From Escherichia phage Murica: 64,000 nucleotides of DNA. The notes under the pieces are model-generated. The model searched no databases and was not told the DNA's origin. It saw only the letters and a list, made by a program, of their open reading frames with translations. Of this stretch, positions 27,563-35,703 are shown piece after piece. The DNA lies in sequence record NC_041871.1; one strand, given 5' to 3'. Within the stretch, counting starts at the first letter, position 1. Each line of letters starts with the position of its first letter. The translations under genes were made by a program, and so were the position numbers.

Positions 27563-27891
27563 TGAAGATTGACCCGTTACTGAAGGCTCGTGCAGAAAAA
27601 GCGTACACCATTAAGCTGACCAACCTGGTTCCTACTTGTCATCCAGATGTAGGTTGGCCTGAAGGTCTGGTAGAGGGGACTGTAACAGCTGCATACCTCC
27701 CTAACATCAAATACCTTATGGAAATCTTGGAGCTGGATGAGGAAACGGCAGAAGAGTTCCAGTTGGACATGAAACAAAGTGGGACTCTGGTTATTCACGG
27801 GTGGTATAATACTAAAGACGCAGAAGACCCTCTTGTAACTTCTAATCTGGCATATGAAATCTTAGGACCTTTGAACCTGGGGGAAGACTAA
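27562..27891 (+). CDS. small acidic protein
   Basis: GAGGAGG SD; start overlaps upstream stop. Confidence 0.5.
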   Translation: MKIDPLLKARAEKAYTIKLTNLVPTCHPDVGWPEGLVEGTVTAAYLPNIKYLMEILELDEETAEEFQLDMKQSGTLVIHGWYNTKDAEDPLVTSNLAYEILGPLNLGED

Positions 27892-28178
27892 TGAAAGATC
27901 TGGTTAAGATTAAGATTAAAGATACCAACGGCGAACTCAGCCATTTTGGAATTAATGATGGTGACGAGCTGATCGCACACCTGCCTACCAAGGAAGTTGT
28001 AAGCAAAGCAGTTGCCGGAGAAGAAGATGCAATGCAGGCTGCAGGTGTGGATGAAAACTATGTAGCCATGTGCATGTGCCGAGACCAGGTTGTTCTGTAT
28101 AAAGCGTATCGACCAAACGGAGCCACGGAGTGGCTTGTATTCCGACCCGAAGGATATGAAATCTTAGAGGCACTATGA
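27891..28178 (+). CDS. small acidic protein
   Basis: GGGGGAAG SD; start overlaps upstream stop. Confidence 0.5.
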   Translation: MKDLVKIKIKDTNGELSHFGINDGDELIAHLPTKEVVSKAVAGEEDAMQAAGVDENYVAMCMCRDQVVLYKAYRPNGATEWLVFRPEGYEILEAL

Positions 28179-28258
28179 TAAATCTTGCCAAGGTTGCAAC
28201 GGCACTGTTAATTATTTGCTGGTCAGTAACCTTAACACTGTGTCTTGTATTTCAGTAA
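28175..28258 (+). CDS. hydrophobic micropeptide (27 aa)
   Basis: MINLAKVATALLIICWSVTLTLCLVFQ; ATGA coupling to upstream gene. Confidence 0.3.
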   Translation: MINLAKVATALLIICWSVTLTLCLVFQ

Positions 28259-28267
28259 GGTGCTTAT

Positions 28268-28531
28268 ATGAACATCCTGATGTGGGTTGTAGCAGTGGCG
28301 TTTGTTGCATGTTTTTGCTGCTGGGTTGCGGTGAGGATTTCTGTAGCTACCCTTCGGAAGTTGGGGTTCTCAGAGTGGGATATTAATATCCTTTCTTTTC
28401 GCAATGAAACAATCTCAGCCGCCCTGCTCTGTAAGAAATTCAAGTGGGAACCTTGCGAGGTCATGAACTATCTAAGAACGGGAGATATCCCTGAAAGATT
28501 TAAAAAAGTTCTTGACGACAAGGATAAATGA
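28268..28531 (+). CDS. membrane-anchored small protein
   Basis: N-terminal MNILMWVVAVAFVACFCCWVAV; AAGGTG SD. Confidence 0.5.
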   Translation: MNILMWVVAVAFVACFCCWVAVRISVATLRKLGFSEWDINILSFRNETISAALLCKKFKWEPCEVMNYLRTGDIPERFKKVLDDKDK

Positions 28532-28559
28532 TAGTATAGTGACTAACAAGAGGTGAGGA

Positions 28560-28700
28560 ATGACTGATTTTACTGAAGCTTTAATGATGGCCTTGTCTGT
28601 TTTAGCGCTATCGGTGTGTTTTGGGGCGTTATTCACATCTCTGGTTAAAGTTTTACATACAGTATTATTACCCAAGGAGCGCAGTAATGACGAAGATTGA
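28560..28700 (+). CDS. hydrophobic micropeptide (46 aa)
   Basis: MTDFTEALMMALSVLALSVCFGALFTSLVKVL...; AGGTGAGG SD. Confidence 0.4.
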   Translation: MTDFTEALMMALSVLALSVCFGALFTSLVKVLHTVLLPKERSNDED

Positions 28701-28938
28701 CTTAAATGCTGGAGACCATGTTGTTGTCAAATGCATCGGAGATTATCTTGGATTCACAATCGGCAATACTTACGAGGCGGTAGTGGCGAAGGTTTACCAT
28801 GATAAAGTCCTCAGTCTTGTATTTGACTGCGATGATGATGGGGATGACCGATACGTCTGTGAGGTGCTGGCACGAGACGATAGTGAAGACCAGAAATTCC
28901 TGGTTATTGAACTGAACGGTATTTTTGTAGAACGTTAA
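28687..28938 (+). CDS. hypothetical acidic protein
   Basis: ATG 28687 after AAGGAG. Confidence 0.5.
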   Translation: MTKIDLNAGDHVVVKCIGDYLGFTIGNTYEAVVAKVYHDKVLSLVFDCDDDGDDRYVCEVLARDDSEDQKFLVIELNGIFVER

Positions 28939-28966
28939 TTTAAAACAACATAAGGAGACTCTTACT

Positions 28967-29272
28967 ATGGCTAAATCTAAAGTTGAACTGTTCACCTCTC
29001 TTCCTTCTGACACTGCAGAGCGTGATCGCCTTCGCAAAACAATCGAAGAACTGGTAGAACTCCAACTTCAGATTAAAGATCTGAAAGATGCCATTAAGGA
29101 TATCATTCTCGTTGAGAAGCAGGATCACCTGTATTCTCCTAAATTCATCAAATCTCTGGTGGCTACCGAGTTCGATATTCGCTATGAGGCTGAAAAACGT
29201 CGCGCTAAAATCGAAGAAGAGGTTGAGCACATGTCTGAGGCAGACATTCTGTTCAAACGCTCTGTAGAATAA
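28967..29272 (+). CDS. hypothetical coiled-coil protein
   Basis: AAGGAGA SD; charged heptad-like sequence. Confidence 0.5.
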   Translation: MAKSKVELFTSLPSDTAERDRLRKTIEELVELQLQIKDLKDAIKDIILVEKQDHLYSPKFIKSLVATEFDIRYEAEKRRAKIEEEVEHMSEADILFKRSVE

Positions 29273-29278
29273 TGACAA

Positions 29279-29305
29279 AGAGAGGGGCTTGGGCCCCTCT
29301 TTTTA
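29279..29305 (+). terminator. intrinsic terminator
   Basis: AGAGGGGC-ttgg-GCCCCTCT then TTTTT. Confidence 0.65.
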
Positions 29306-29327
29306 CTATCTATGAAGGAGATTTGAG

Positions 29328-29654
29328 ATGGGTATACCAATCACTGTAAAAGAATTGAATGAGCGTGATGCAGGCGGTCTATGGCCTGCACGAAAAATCC
29401 GCTGCGTCTATATGAAAGAGAATCTTGAACATCTTGATCAACAGATCAAGGTCGGTGATATTTTTGAGGTCTTCTATTCCAATCGTCGTAACTGGGAAAC
29501 CATTCAACCTTCTGGTTTTGTTCTTGCCAAACTTGACACTGGAGAAGTGATTATCCCTGGGTTGGATATTGTCTTCGAAATTATCCAGGAGTGGGATCCG
29601 GATAAGATTAGATACGAAGAGTTATTCGGTAAAGGTATTATCAAACCTGTGTGA
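29328..29654 (+). CDS. hypothetical protein
   Basis: GAAGGAGA SD. Confidence 0.5.
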   Translation: MGIPITVKELNERDAGGLWPARKIRCVYMKENLEHLDQQIKVGDIFEVFYSNRRNWETIQPSGFVLAKLDTGEVIIPGLDIVFEIIQEWDPDKIRYEELFGKGIIKPV

Positions 29655-29662
29655 GGTGGATT

Positions 29663-29962
29663 ATGTCTACAAAGGCGGCTAAATACTCCTACATGCCATC
29701 AACCTCTGCAGAGGTAGACTTTAGTTTCGATGTGTTTCCACTGTTTGAGGTGGTTCTGGCATACCCAACAATACTATCTACTCCTGAATCACTTGTACCT
29801 GTTAAGTTGCAGAACGCTATGCATTCTATGCACTACAACAATAAATGTAGGCACAGATGGTGTCAGGACGAGGAAAAAGATTTGGATAGTTTGAGGGATT
29901 TTGACAGTCACCTTTTGACACCTTTCAGCTACTCCAACCTTGATAAGCCCTCATGGGTATAG
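29663..29962 (+). CDS. hypothetical protein
   Basis: ATG 29663 after GAGGTGG. Confidence 0.45.
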   Translation: MSTKAAKYSYMPSTSAEVDFSFDVFPLFEVVLAYPTILSTPESLVPVKLQNAMHSMHYNNKCRHRWCQDEEKDLDSLRDFDSHLLTPFSYSNLDKPSWV

Positions 29963-29986
29963 CAAAATATCAAATTTAAGACACCT

Positions 29987-30013
29987 AGGACGCTCTGTGG
30001 CGTCCTTTTCTTT
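29987..30013 (+). terminator. intrinsic terminator
   Basis: AGGACGC-tctgtg-GCGTCCT then TTTCTTT. Confidence 0.6.
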
Positions 30014-30175
30014 ATCTGGTGCACGATTGCATACCTTGGACAGATAATCTCGTTACAGAGCGTTTAAGAGCTTTCTACAAACAAGTCTCTCTTTCGAGCG
30101 TAGCGAGAACGCACGTCCGTTTTGACCAAAATCACCATACGCTCGGATTTTAACCAAACCCTCGCGGCGTTGCTG

Positions 30176-30204
30176 TTGACACATTACCGCTCCCGTGATA
30201 GTAT
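30176..30204 (+). promoter_or_regulatory. sigma70-like promoter with extended -10
   Basis: TTGACA (30176-30181), 17 nt, TGaTAGTAT (-10 at 30199-30204). Confidence 0.55.
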
Positions 30205-30236
30205 CCACACACAGTTTGGAGAATATGGAATACACA

Positions 30237-30326
30237 ATGAGAACATTGTCTGAAGTTTTAGTGGTGATCCTGATGATCATTACTTCCATAGCGGCTGTTG
30301 CCGGAATACTCACGGGTGGAACATGA
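30237..30326 (+). CDS. hydrophobic leader micropeptide (29 aa)
   Basis: MRTLSEVLVVILMIITSIAAVAGILTGGT; stop overlaps next start (ATGA). Confidence 0.3.
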   Translation: MRTLSEVLVVILMIITSIAAVAGILTGGT

Positions 30327-30535
30327 TCAACACACATGCACCTGAAGAGACATCCAAAGGAGTGACCATATGTCCCTTGGCTGAGCCAGTTAGAGAGGAA
30401 AACTTAGATTCTGAGGACTCTTCATCTTCGTCCCAGACAGATCCTGAGGCTGATGACCTGACGTGGGAGGACATCGTAGATATCTGGTTCTCTATTATGC
30501 CTGAGCACGAAGAGTTCAGAGGTGGTAGACTATGA
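30323..30535 (+). CDS. hypothetical highly acidic protein
   Basis: Ser/Asp/Glu-rich (DSEDSSSSSQTDPEADD); GGGTGG SD. Confidence 0.45.
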   Translation: MINTHAPEETSKGVTICPLAEPVREENLDSEDSSSSSQTDPEADDLTWEDIVDIWFSIMPEHEEFRGGRL

Positions 30536-30655
30536 AGCACCGAGCCCACACAGGTTCCTCATGCTAAAGCATGGCCTGAAGAGGCAAACGTGTATAATTC
30601 CTGTGCATTGTGACGTATAAAACCCGTTCACACTCTCATTTCCAGAGGAGATTTT

Positions 30656-30871
30656 ATGAAGATAGAAATATTTGGTGGAGCTGACAACACTCGTGGCCTG
30701 ATTTACCTGGAATTCGATGAATCATACCTGCCAGAGGTGTTAAATATAGACTCTGTTGCTGAGGCTTTGGGAGTAAACCCTAAAGAACTCCACTCTTGTG
30801 CTGAGATCGATGGTTGGGAAGAGACCATGAACATTGATTTCAGTGAAGTAGAGGATGAACCGCTGGACTGA
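30656..30871 (+). CDS. small acidic protein
   Basis: MKIEIFGG...; GAGGAG SD; last + strand gene before the noncoding region. Confidence 0.5.
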   Translation: MKIEIFGGADNTRGLIYLEFDESYLPEVLNIDSVAEALGVNPKELHSCAEIDGWEETMNIDFSEVEDEPLD

Positions 30872-30962
30872 CACACAATTAGCTGCCCGGCTAAAGTGCT
30901 GGAGCACCTACAATACATCTTTCAACTAAATTTCCCACCACCACAATCACTTACCTTCCACA

Positions 30963-31025
30963 CATGACTGTTTGCTTGTTTAGTGAGCAGTCATGCCTTG
31001 ACATTCTTGCCTATCCTGATAAAAT
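30963..31025 (+). promoter_or_regulatory. sigma70-like promoter with upstream inverted repeat, firing into ORF-free region
   Basis: CATGACTG (30963-30970) / CAGTCATG (30988-30995); TTGACA (30998-31003), 16 nt, TAAAAT (31020-31025). Confidence 0.45.
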
Positions 31026-32349
31026 TAAGTTCTTCTCTTTTCTTTTACCGAGTAATTCGGGTTTTCTGTTCTCTTCGGTTTGAAGGGGTATGGAGATACA
31101 CCTGAGTGAACATGGTGAACAACCGAACATTTGGCTATGGCATTAGCATGGCGAAGCGGACGGGTGACGAAAGAGGGGCCGGAGGACACCAGTCACTGCC
31201 ATATGATATATGGGTGATAACCTGAAGAGTCTGAATAAGTGTTTAAGTACCAGTCAGAGGAAAAGGTGAATGGTAGCCGAAGGGGGAGGGGGGTTTCTTG
31301 TATCTTTAATTTGTATATTATGTATACACTCGTAAACCAATCTCATCTGAATCTGTTTACCACACAAAGTAGATAGGGACAAATATCACCTATTAAACTT
31401 GAATTATTTATAGAAAATACCACAACACCACTTAAGTCTTTGATTTTACACACAAATCCTACAGATATTCAACCTCTATATTTAACATATTCATAACATA
31501 TTCCATACTCTACCTGTCTGATCAATTTACCCAACCACATCCTCCATATTTTCCCTGTCTGTACCACCCCTGCCCCGCCGGGAGTCCCGTCATATCTGGC
31601 TTTCCAGCAAATATCACACCCACAAATATCATTGCCTGAAGAGGGTTTCATCCCATAGTACATGCCTTACCTGAAGAGCGCTTCATACACCACGTAAATT
31701 TTTTAATTTACCCCCCCTCCCCGCCGCCGGAGTGGTCGGCTTTTCCCACACAGGCCTGAAGAGTCAGCCAGAAATATCTGAACAGGTCCAGTTATACCAC
31801 GATTTTGACCTGACCGACAGGAGTGCTGCCAGGCGGACGGAATGGGAATACTTCTCATTCTTATAATAATTCTCAAATATCGAGGCAGTGAGGCAAATTA
31901 ATAGGTGAGGCCGTTCACACAGTGGCACAACATTTGCAATCTATTTTGTGAGGGTGAATGAGAATACCTATCATTGTGAGAACTGTTATCATTACGGGCA
32001 ATTTAACATAATACCCATTATGCGCACCACTGGCGATCCATACAGGGATTGATAACATGAGTTACAGTTTACGCATATAACAATCATATTTCTTACTATT
32101 TGTGTGGGATATAGTTAGCAGCCGATAGATTAGATATTGACCTGTGGACTTCCAACCGTCTAGACGTCTAAACGCCCACACAACAAGGATTATACATACA
32201 TTACTGAATGTAAACAGGGCCGCAAAAATGCTACCATACCAGATTGTAAATTTTTCATGCAGCACTTGACAAAGAGGAGAAAAACTTGTCTGACACAATA
32301 TGACATACTGGGCACATTAAACACACTTTAGACTTAATTGACATGCCTG

Positions 32350-32469
32350 ACTGTTTACGCTGTCACTATTCACGCTATTACTATTCACTCCCTTTACTGT
32401 TCACGCTCTTACTGTTTACATGCTTAATGGTTTACATGACCAATAGTTTACATAGCTAACTATTTACAT
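32350..32469. repeat. iteron array: 8 direct 11-bp repeats at 15-16 bp period
   Basis: actgtttacgc, actattcacgc, actattcactc, actgttcacgc, actgtttacat, atggtttacat, atagtttacat, actatttacat starting at about 32350, 32365, 32380, 32396, 32411, 32427, 32443, 32459. Confidence 0.8.
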
Positions 32470-32481
32470 GGAAATGATAAG

Positions 32482-32762
32482 CCATGCCATTCGTTTGCAT
32501 GATAACTATTAGCAAGTTAATAATCTTTCGCTGGCTATGCCAGGTGACCTTTGGTCACCCCTTCGGGTGTTTCTATGACATAATATAAAAGCAGGGCAAC
32601 TATTAGAAGATCTATAGTTGCCTTGCTTGTTATGTCATGATTAACTAAATACAAGGCAACTATGATCTGATTAATAGTTTGCAAACAAACTATCACGGGG
32701 GGTGATGGTTACTGCTTTTATATTATGTCGCGACTCCGTCGCGCCATGCCATTCGTTTGCAT
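32482..32762. repeat. nested direct/inverted repeat complex
   Basis: 19-bp direct repeat CCATGCCATTCGTTTGCAT (32482 and 32744); 18-bp inverted repeat TGACATAATATAAAAGCAG (32576) / CTGCTTTTATATTATGTC (32712); palindromes GGTGACC-ttt-GGTCACC (32543-32559) and GGCAACTAT-N10-ATAGTTGCC (32595-32622). Confidence 0.75.
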
Positions 32763-33388
32763 AGTTGCCTTATTGTTACAGATAAAATAATTGTATTGTT
32801 AATTATTTCTTATCTTTCTCTTAGTCATCTAATGATTCCAGTCAGTATAGTAATGTACAGTAAACATTAGACGACTAAAGATTTATATGCTTATAATAAC
32901 TTACAGTGACAATTTCGGACTGTTTACGAAAAATGTTGACACCTGAGCCGATTTATGTTATGCAGTTTACACGAATAATTATTTTATGCAGGTATTGACT
33001 ATTCCGTTATTCTATGGTCGGAATAAATACTTAGCAGTCTATAGAATGGTGACGCTACGTGAATTCTGGAATTTAGTGGCTATAGTTATACCCGATTTTT
33101 CACGTAGAACACGCTTTTGTGGTTATGTAAGTGTATGACTTATAAAGATTTTTAGTTGTTGACAAGACACTGAAGATATGCATCAGGTTAAATTTTGTGC
33201 AATAGCTGCATTACGTGCAATTTTGGAAGGAAAAACGTGTAAAAATGGCCCTGCTACCACACAATGAAAGATTATGCAATAGCTATTTTATATGTATGTT
33301 TGTACAGTGTGTGGGATTGATGGCTAGTCAATTATTCCACTTGCCAGGTGGGGACGTTTGTGGTAGGAGAAATACAGACAAAAAGAAA

Positions 33389-33406
33389 GGGGCCTTTTAA
33401 AGCCCC
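33389..33406 (-). terminator. terminator closing the - strand arm
   Basis: GGGGC-cttttaaa-GCCCC with U-tract on - strand (complement of AAAAGAAA 33381-33388). Confidence 0.5.
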
Positions 33407-33425
33407 TGATAGTTTAGTTAAGAAA

Positions 33426-33845
33426 TTATAATGATTCGTATATTTCATAGATTCGATTTGCCAGGTCGTTACGGTAGCGGAATTTTTCCTCACGTTTGAT
33501 CATCAGATCTTTAAAGCCATATTCTTTAAGCACTTCATTAACTTTATGGCGGCATACCTTCATATTATCCTGTGCGTCACCAATAAACTTGTTGCTATGG
33601 TGCATGGCTTTAATTTCTTCTTCCAGGACCAGGGCAACTATGCGGACCGGATCAAGCTGATAGGCGGTAACATCAATGCGGCATTGTAAACGGCTTTTTA
33701 CGTCTGCCACCGGATATACTGCAACCTCTTCCCCGTCAACATTGACAATAATTAGTTTACCATCGATTTCGAATCCTTTCGCCGCCGGACCGTGACAAAA
33801 AGCGTTATCAAAGCTATATGCCGGATTATTAGATTTAATGTTCAT
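33426..33845 (-). CDS. hypothetical protein
   Basis: ATG with AAGAGGT SD; 139 codons. Confidence 0.5.
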   Translation of the reverse strand: MNIKSNNPAYSFDNAFCHGPAAKGFEIDGKLIIVNVDGEEVAVYPVADVKSRLQCRIDVTAYQLDPVRIVALVLEEEIKAMHHSNKFIGDAQDNMKVCRHKVNEVLKEYGFKDLMIKREEKFRYRNDLANRIYEIYESL

Positions 33846-33894
33846 GGTGTTTTTACCTCTTAGTTAATTTTCTTACAACTTCCCTTCAAAAAAG

Positions 33895-33923
33895 AATATA
33901 GCAAAACTGCCGATCCTTGTCAA
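33895..33923 (-). promoter_or_regulatory. sigma70-like promoter (- strand)
   Basis: On - strand TTGACA (33918-33923), 17 nt, TATATT (33895-33900); -35 sits in palindrome CCTTG-gttga-CAAGG. Confidence 0.45.
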
Positions 33924-33990
33924 CCAAGGATAGCATAATTTTTATGTGATCAAGGGGCTTTATTGCCCCCTGATCGTGCAACTTGTTGTA

Positions 33991-34254
33991 TTATTTGTTA
34001 CTCATCCAGTTTTCCCAGGCTGCCTGATAATCTGCCTCACTGCGGCGGATCTCTTCTTGCTCTTCAAGTCGGATCTCTTCTTCCAGGTACCCCAAGATAT
34101 CGGCTTTCTTGGTCTGGCGTAACATCCAATCATCTTTTTTACGGGTAAAGATCTTATATGCTTTCTCGCAAACCTCTTTTTTGCTACCTTTTTGGACTTC
34201 AAGAACTTTGTAGGCCATGTACTGAACTAGTTTAAGCTGATCAAGACGTTTCAT
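33991..34254 (-). CDS. hypothetical charged protein
   Basis: SD AAAGAGGT; 87 codons. Confidence 0.5.
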   Translation of the reverse strand: MKRLDQLKLVQYMAYKVLEVQKGSKKEVCEKAYKIFTRKKDDWMLRQTKKADILGYLEEEIRLEEQEEIRRSEADYQAAWENWMSNK

Positions 34255-34314
34255 GATGTTTACCTCTTTGTGTGGTTCTGATTAGTGGGCCTCCCGGCCC
34301 GTGTCATTATCTTA

Positions 34315-34587
34315 TTACTTACGGCGGCAGAATTCAAGCGTTTTTAATTGATAATCTTCCTCAGCCTGGAGTACAACCGCCTCGATCATTTCGTTGGCAT
34401 TGTTGAAGCCATACCCTTTAGCGAACTCGTCCGCACCACCTTCGTGATCATGTTCTGCGTTCATCGCTTCCACAAAATGGAATTCCAAATTGTTGAGGTA
34501 GGGGCTTGATGTGCCGTCTTCTTTTTCGATGAGATCCCAAATAGCATTAAAACGTGATTCGACTTCTTGATTAATCCAGCTTGACAT
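34315..34587 (-). CDS. hypothetical acidic protein
   Basis: SD AGAAGAGAGGAAA; 90 codons. Confidence 0.5.
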   Translation of the reverse strand: MSSWINQEVESRFNAIWDLIEKEDGTSSPYLNNLEFHFVEAMNAEHDHEGGADEFAKGYGFNNANEMIEAVVLQAEEDYQLKTLEFCRRK

Positions 34588-34641
34588 AGTGTTTTCCTCT
34601 CTTCTGGTTGTTGTGTGGGCACCTTTGCCCCTTCAAGATAA

Positions 34642-34670
34642 ATGTTACCCCACCCCATGGCAGATGTCAA
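34642..34670 (-). promoter_or_regulatory. sigma70-like promoter (- strand)
   Basis: On - strand TTGACA (34665-34670), 17 nt, TAACAT (34642-34647). Confidence 0.4.
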
Positions 34671-34693
34671 CGGTTTTTATAGTTCTTATATGA

Positions 34694-34718
34694 CAGGCAG
34701 GCCTGGTGATTGTCTCCC
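34694..34718 (-). repeat. copy of GGGAGACAATCACCRGGCCTGCC motif
   Basis: 24/25 identical to 44166-44190 in inverted orientation. Confidence 0.7.
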
Positions 34719-34805
34719 CCTGTTCCCAAGTGCCGCCCGTTTAATAAGAATAGCAAAAGGGGCCGAACAAGTCAACCCCAAAATCAGTACCAAAACACTT
34801 TTTAT

Positions 34806-35117
34806 TTATACGGTCCGGTCATTGGCCTTTGTCCAGGACCTGGCGATCCGTTTCCCAGTCACCTGGAACGGAGACTGCATTGTGTGTAATGAATCCAGCG
34901 TAAGGGAGGACCGTTTACGGCGTATCTTCAGGATCGCCAATGTATTGTCCATCTCACGGCCAGGTCCTGGGCGGTATGGAGTGCCTCCAGCGTTAAGGTT
35001 GATGATCTCATGTATTGAGATCCGGCGTTGTTTTGCTTCCGCATCTTTGAAGATAGCCAGCGGTGGCGCTATACGTTGCCGATACCAATCTAAAACGGTT
35101 GGCGTAATAGCGATCAT
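34806..35117 (-). CDS. hypothetical protein
   Basis: ATG after AGGGGT; 103 codons. Confidence 0.45.
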   Translation of the reverse strand: MIAITPTVLDWYRQRIAPPLAIFKDAEAKQRRISIHEIINLNAGGTPYRPGPGREMDNTLAILKIRRKRSSLTLDSLHTMQSPFQVTGKRIARSWTKANDRTV

Positions 35118-35305
35118 ATTTTACCCCCTATGTAGTCAGGTCGGTTTTTCTCTGTCATGCGCTTTAGCAATTCGTGCATGTTACTTATAGCTTGTAGTGT
35201 ATCCTCTTCCAGGCTTGAATCAACATAATCAGGATCGTCTATGACCTTTCTATGATTATGATAACGCAGTACCGCCAATACCTTTCTAACTTGTTCAGTA
35301 TTCAT
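35114..35305 (-). CDS. hypothetical protein
   Basis: 63 codons; stop overlaps downstream start. Confidence 0.45.
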   Translation of the reverse strand: MNTEQVRKVLAVLRYHNHRKVIDDPDYVDSSLEEDTLQAISNMHELLKRMTEKNRPDYIGGKI

Positions 35306-35321
35306 TTTACATCTCCCTTAC

Positions 35322-35612
35322 TTATTGTTGGCGGTTTACGTAAGCTTTACCGTTTACCGTCATCGGCAAATCTTCCAGGTCTGGATCTTCCTTAAGGTCG
35401 CGAGCAAGTTCACCGCACCGGATACCCTCGAATCCGTAGTACTCTGTTGTACCGTCATTAAAAGTTTTAGTGGCAAGGCATAAGCGATAAGTAACCCCGA
35501 TTCGATTGACGGCATGAATATCCGTTAGATTAACCTCTTTTGCCAGCTCATTAGCCATTGCAGGCGCACTAAGTCCAACAACCAGGGCAACCACTGCGAT
35601 CATCTTTTTCAT
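35322..35612 (-). CDS. secreted small protein with Sec-type signal peptide
   Basis: MKKMIAVVALVVGLSAPAMA then NE: basic n-region, hydrophobic core, AxA cleavage motif. Confidence 0.55.
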   Translation of the reverse strand: MKKMIAVVALVVGLSAPAMANELAKEVNLTDIHAVNRIGVTYRLCLATKTFNDGTTEYYGFEGIRCGELARDLKEDPDLEDLPMTVNGKAYVNRQQ

Positions 35613-35703
35613 TGTGCCTATCCTCTTTCTGCTACGTTTAAGGCGGCGGTAACCGCCTGTTTATGATTTGTTGGTTAATTTTCGGGTATCGGTATAAATT
35701 AAA

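Larger units (their letters stand above)
30575..31763. repeat. five dispersed copies of the 9-mer CCTGAAGAG
   Basis: Copies at about 30575, 31221, 31635, 31670, 31755; copies 3 and 4 share longer GAAGAGNGNTTCAT context. Confidence 0.6.

Noticed and set aside
30053-30549. - strand ORFs 30053-30337 and 30310-30549
   Set aside because: They run antisense to a + strand promoter, leader peptide and acidic protein unit and have no ribosome-binding site.
31221-31763. Hammerhead ribozyme cores at the CUGAAGAG repeats
   Set aside because: CUGANGA is present but no helix II followed by GAAA could be built at any copy.
32350-32469. CRISPR array
   Set aside because: Repeat units are 11 bp with 4-5 bp gaps and degenerate; no spacers of CRISPR length and no cas genes.
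30900-33400. tRNA genes in the long ORF-free region
   Set aside because: No T-arm GGTTCGA/GTTCRANYC motif or cloverleaf-compatible segment was found by eye; only tRNAscan-type software could fully exclude them.
34642-35190. + strand ORF of 182 codons
   Set aside because: Antisense to - strand genes with proper ribosome-binding sites; its 5' end is the promoter and GC-motif region.
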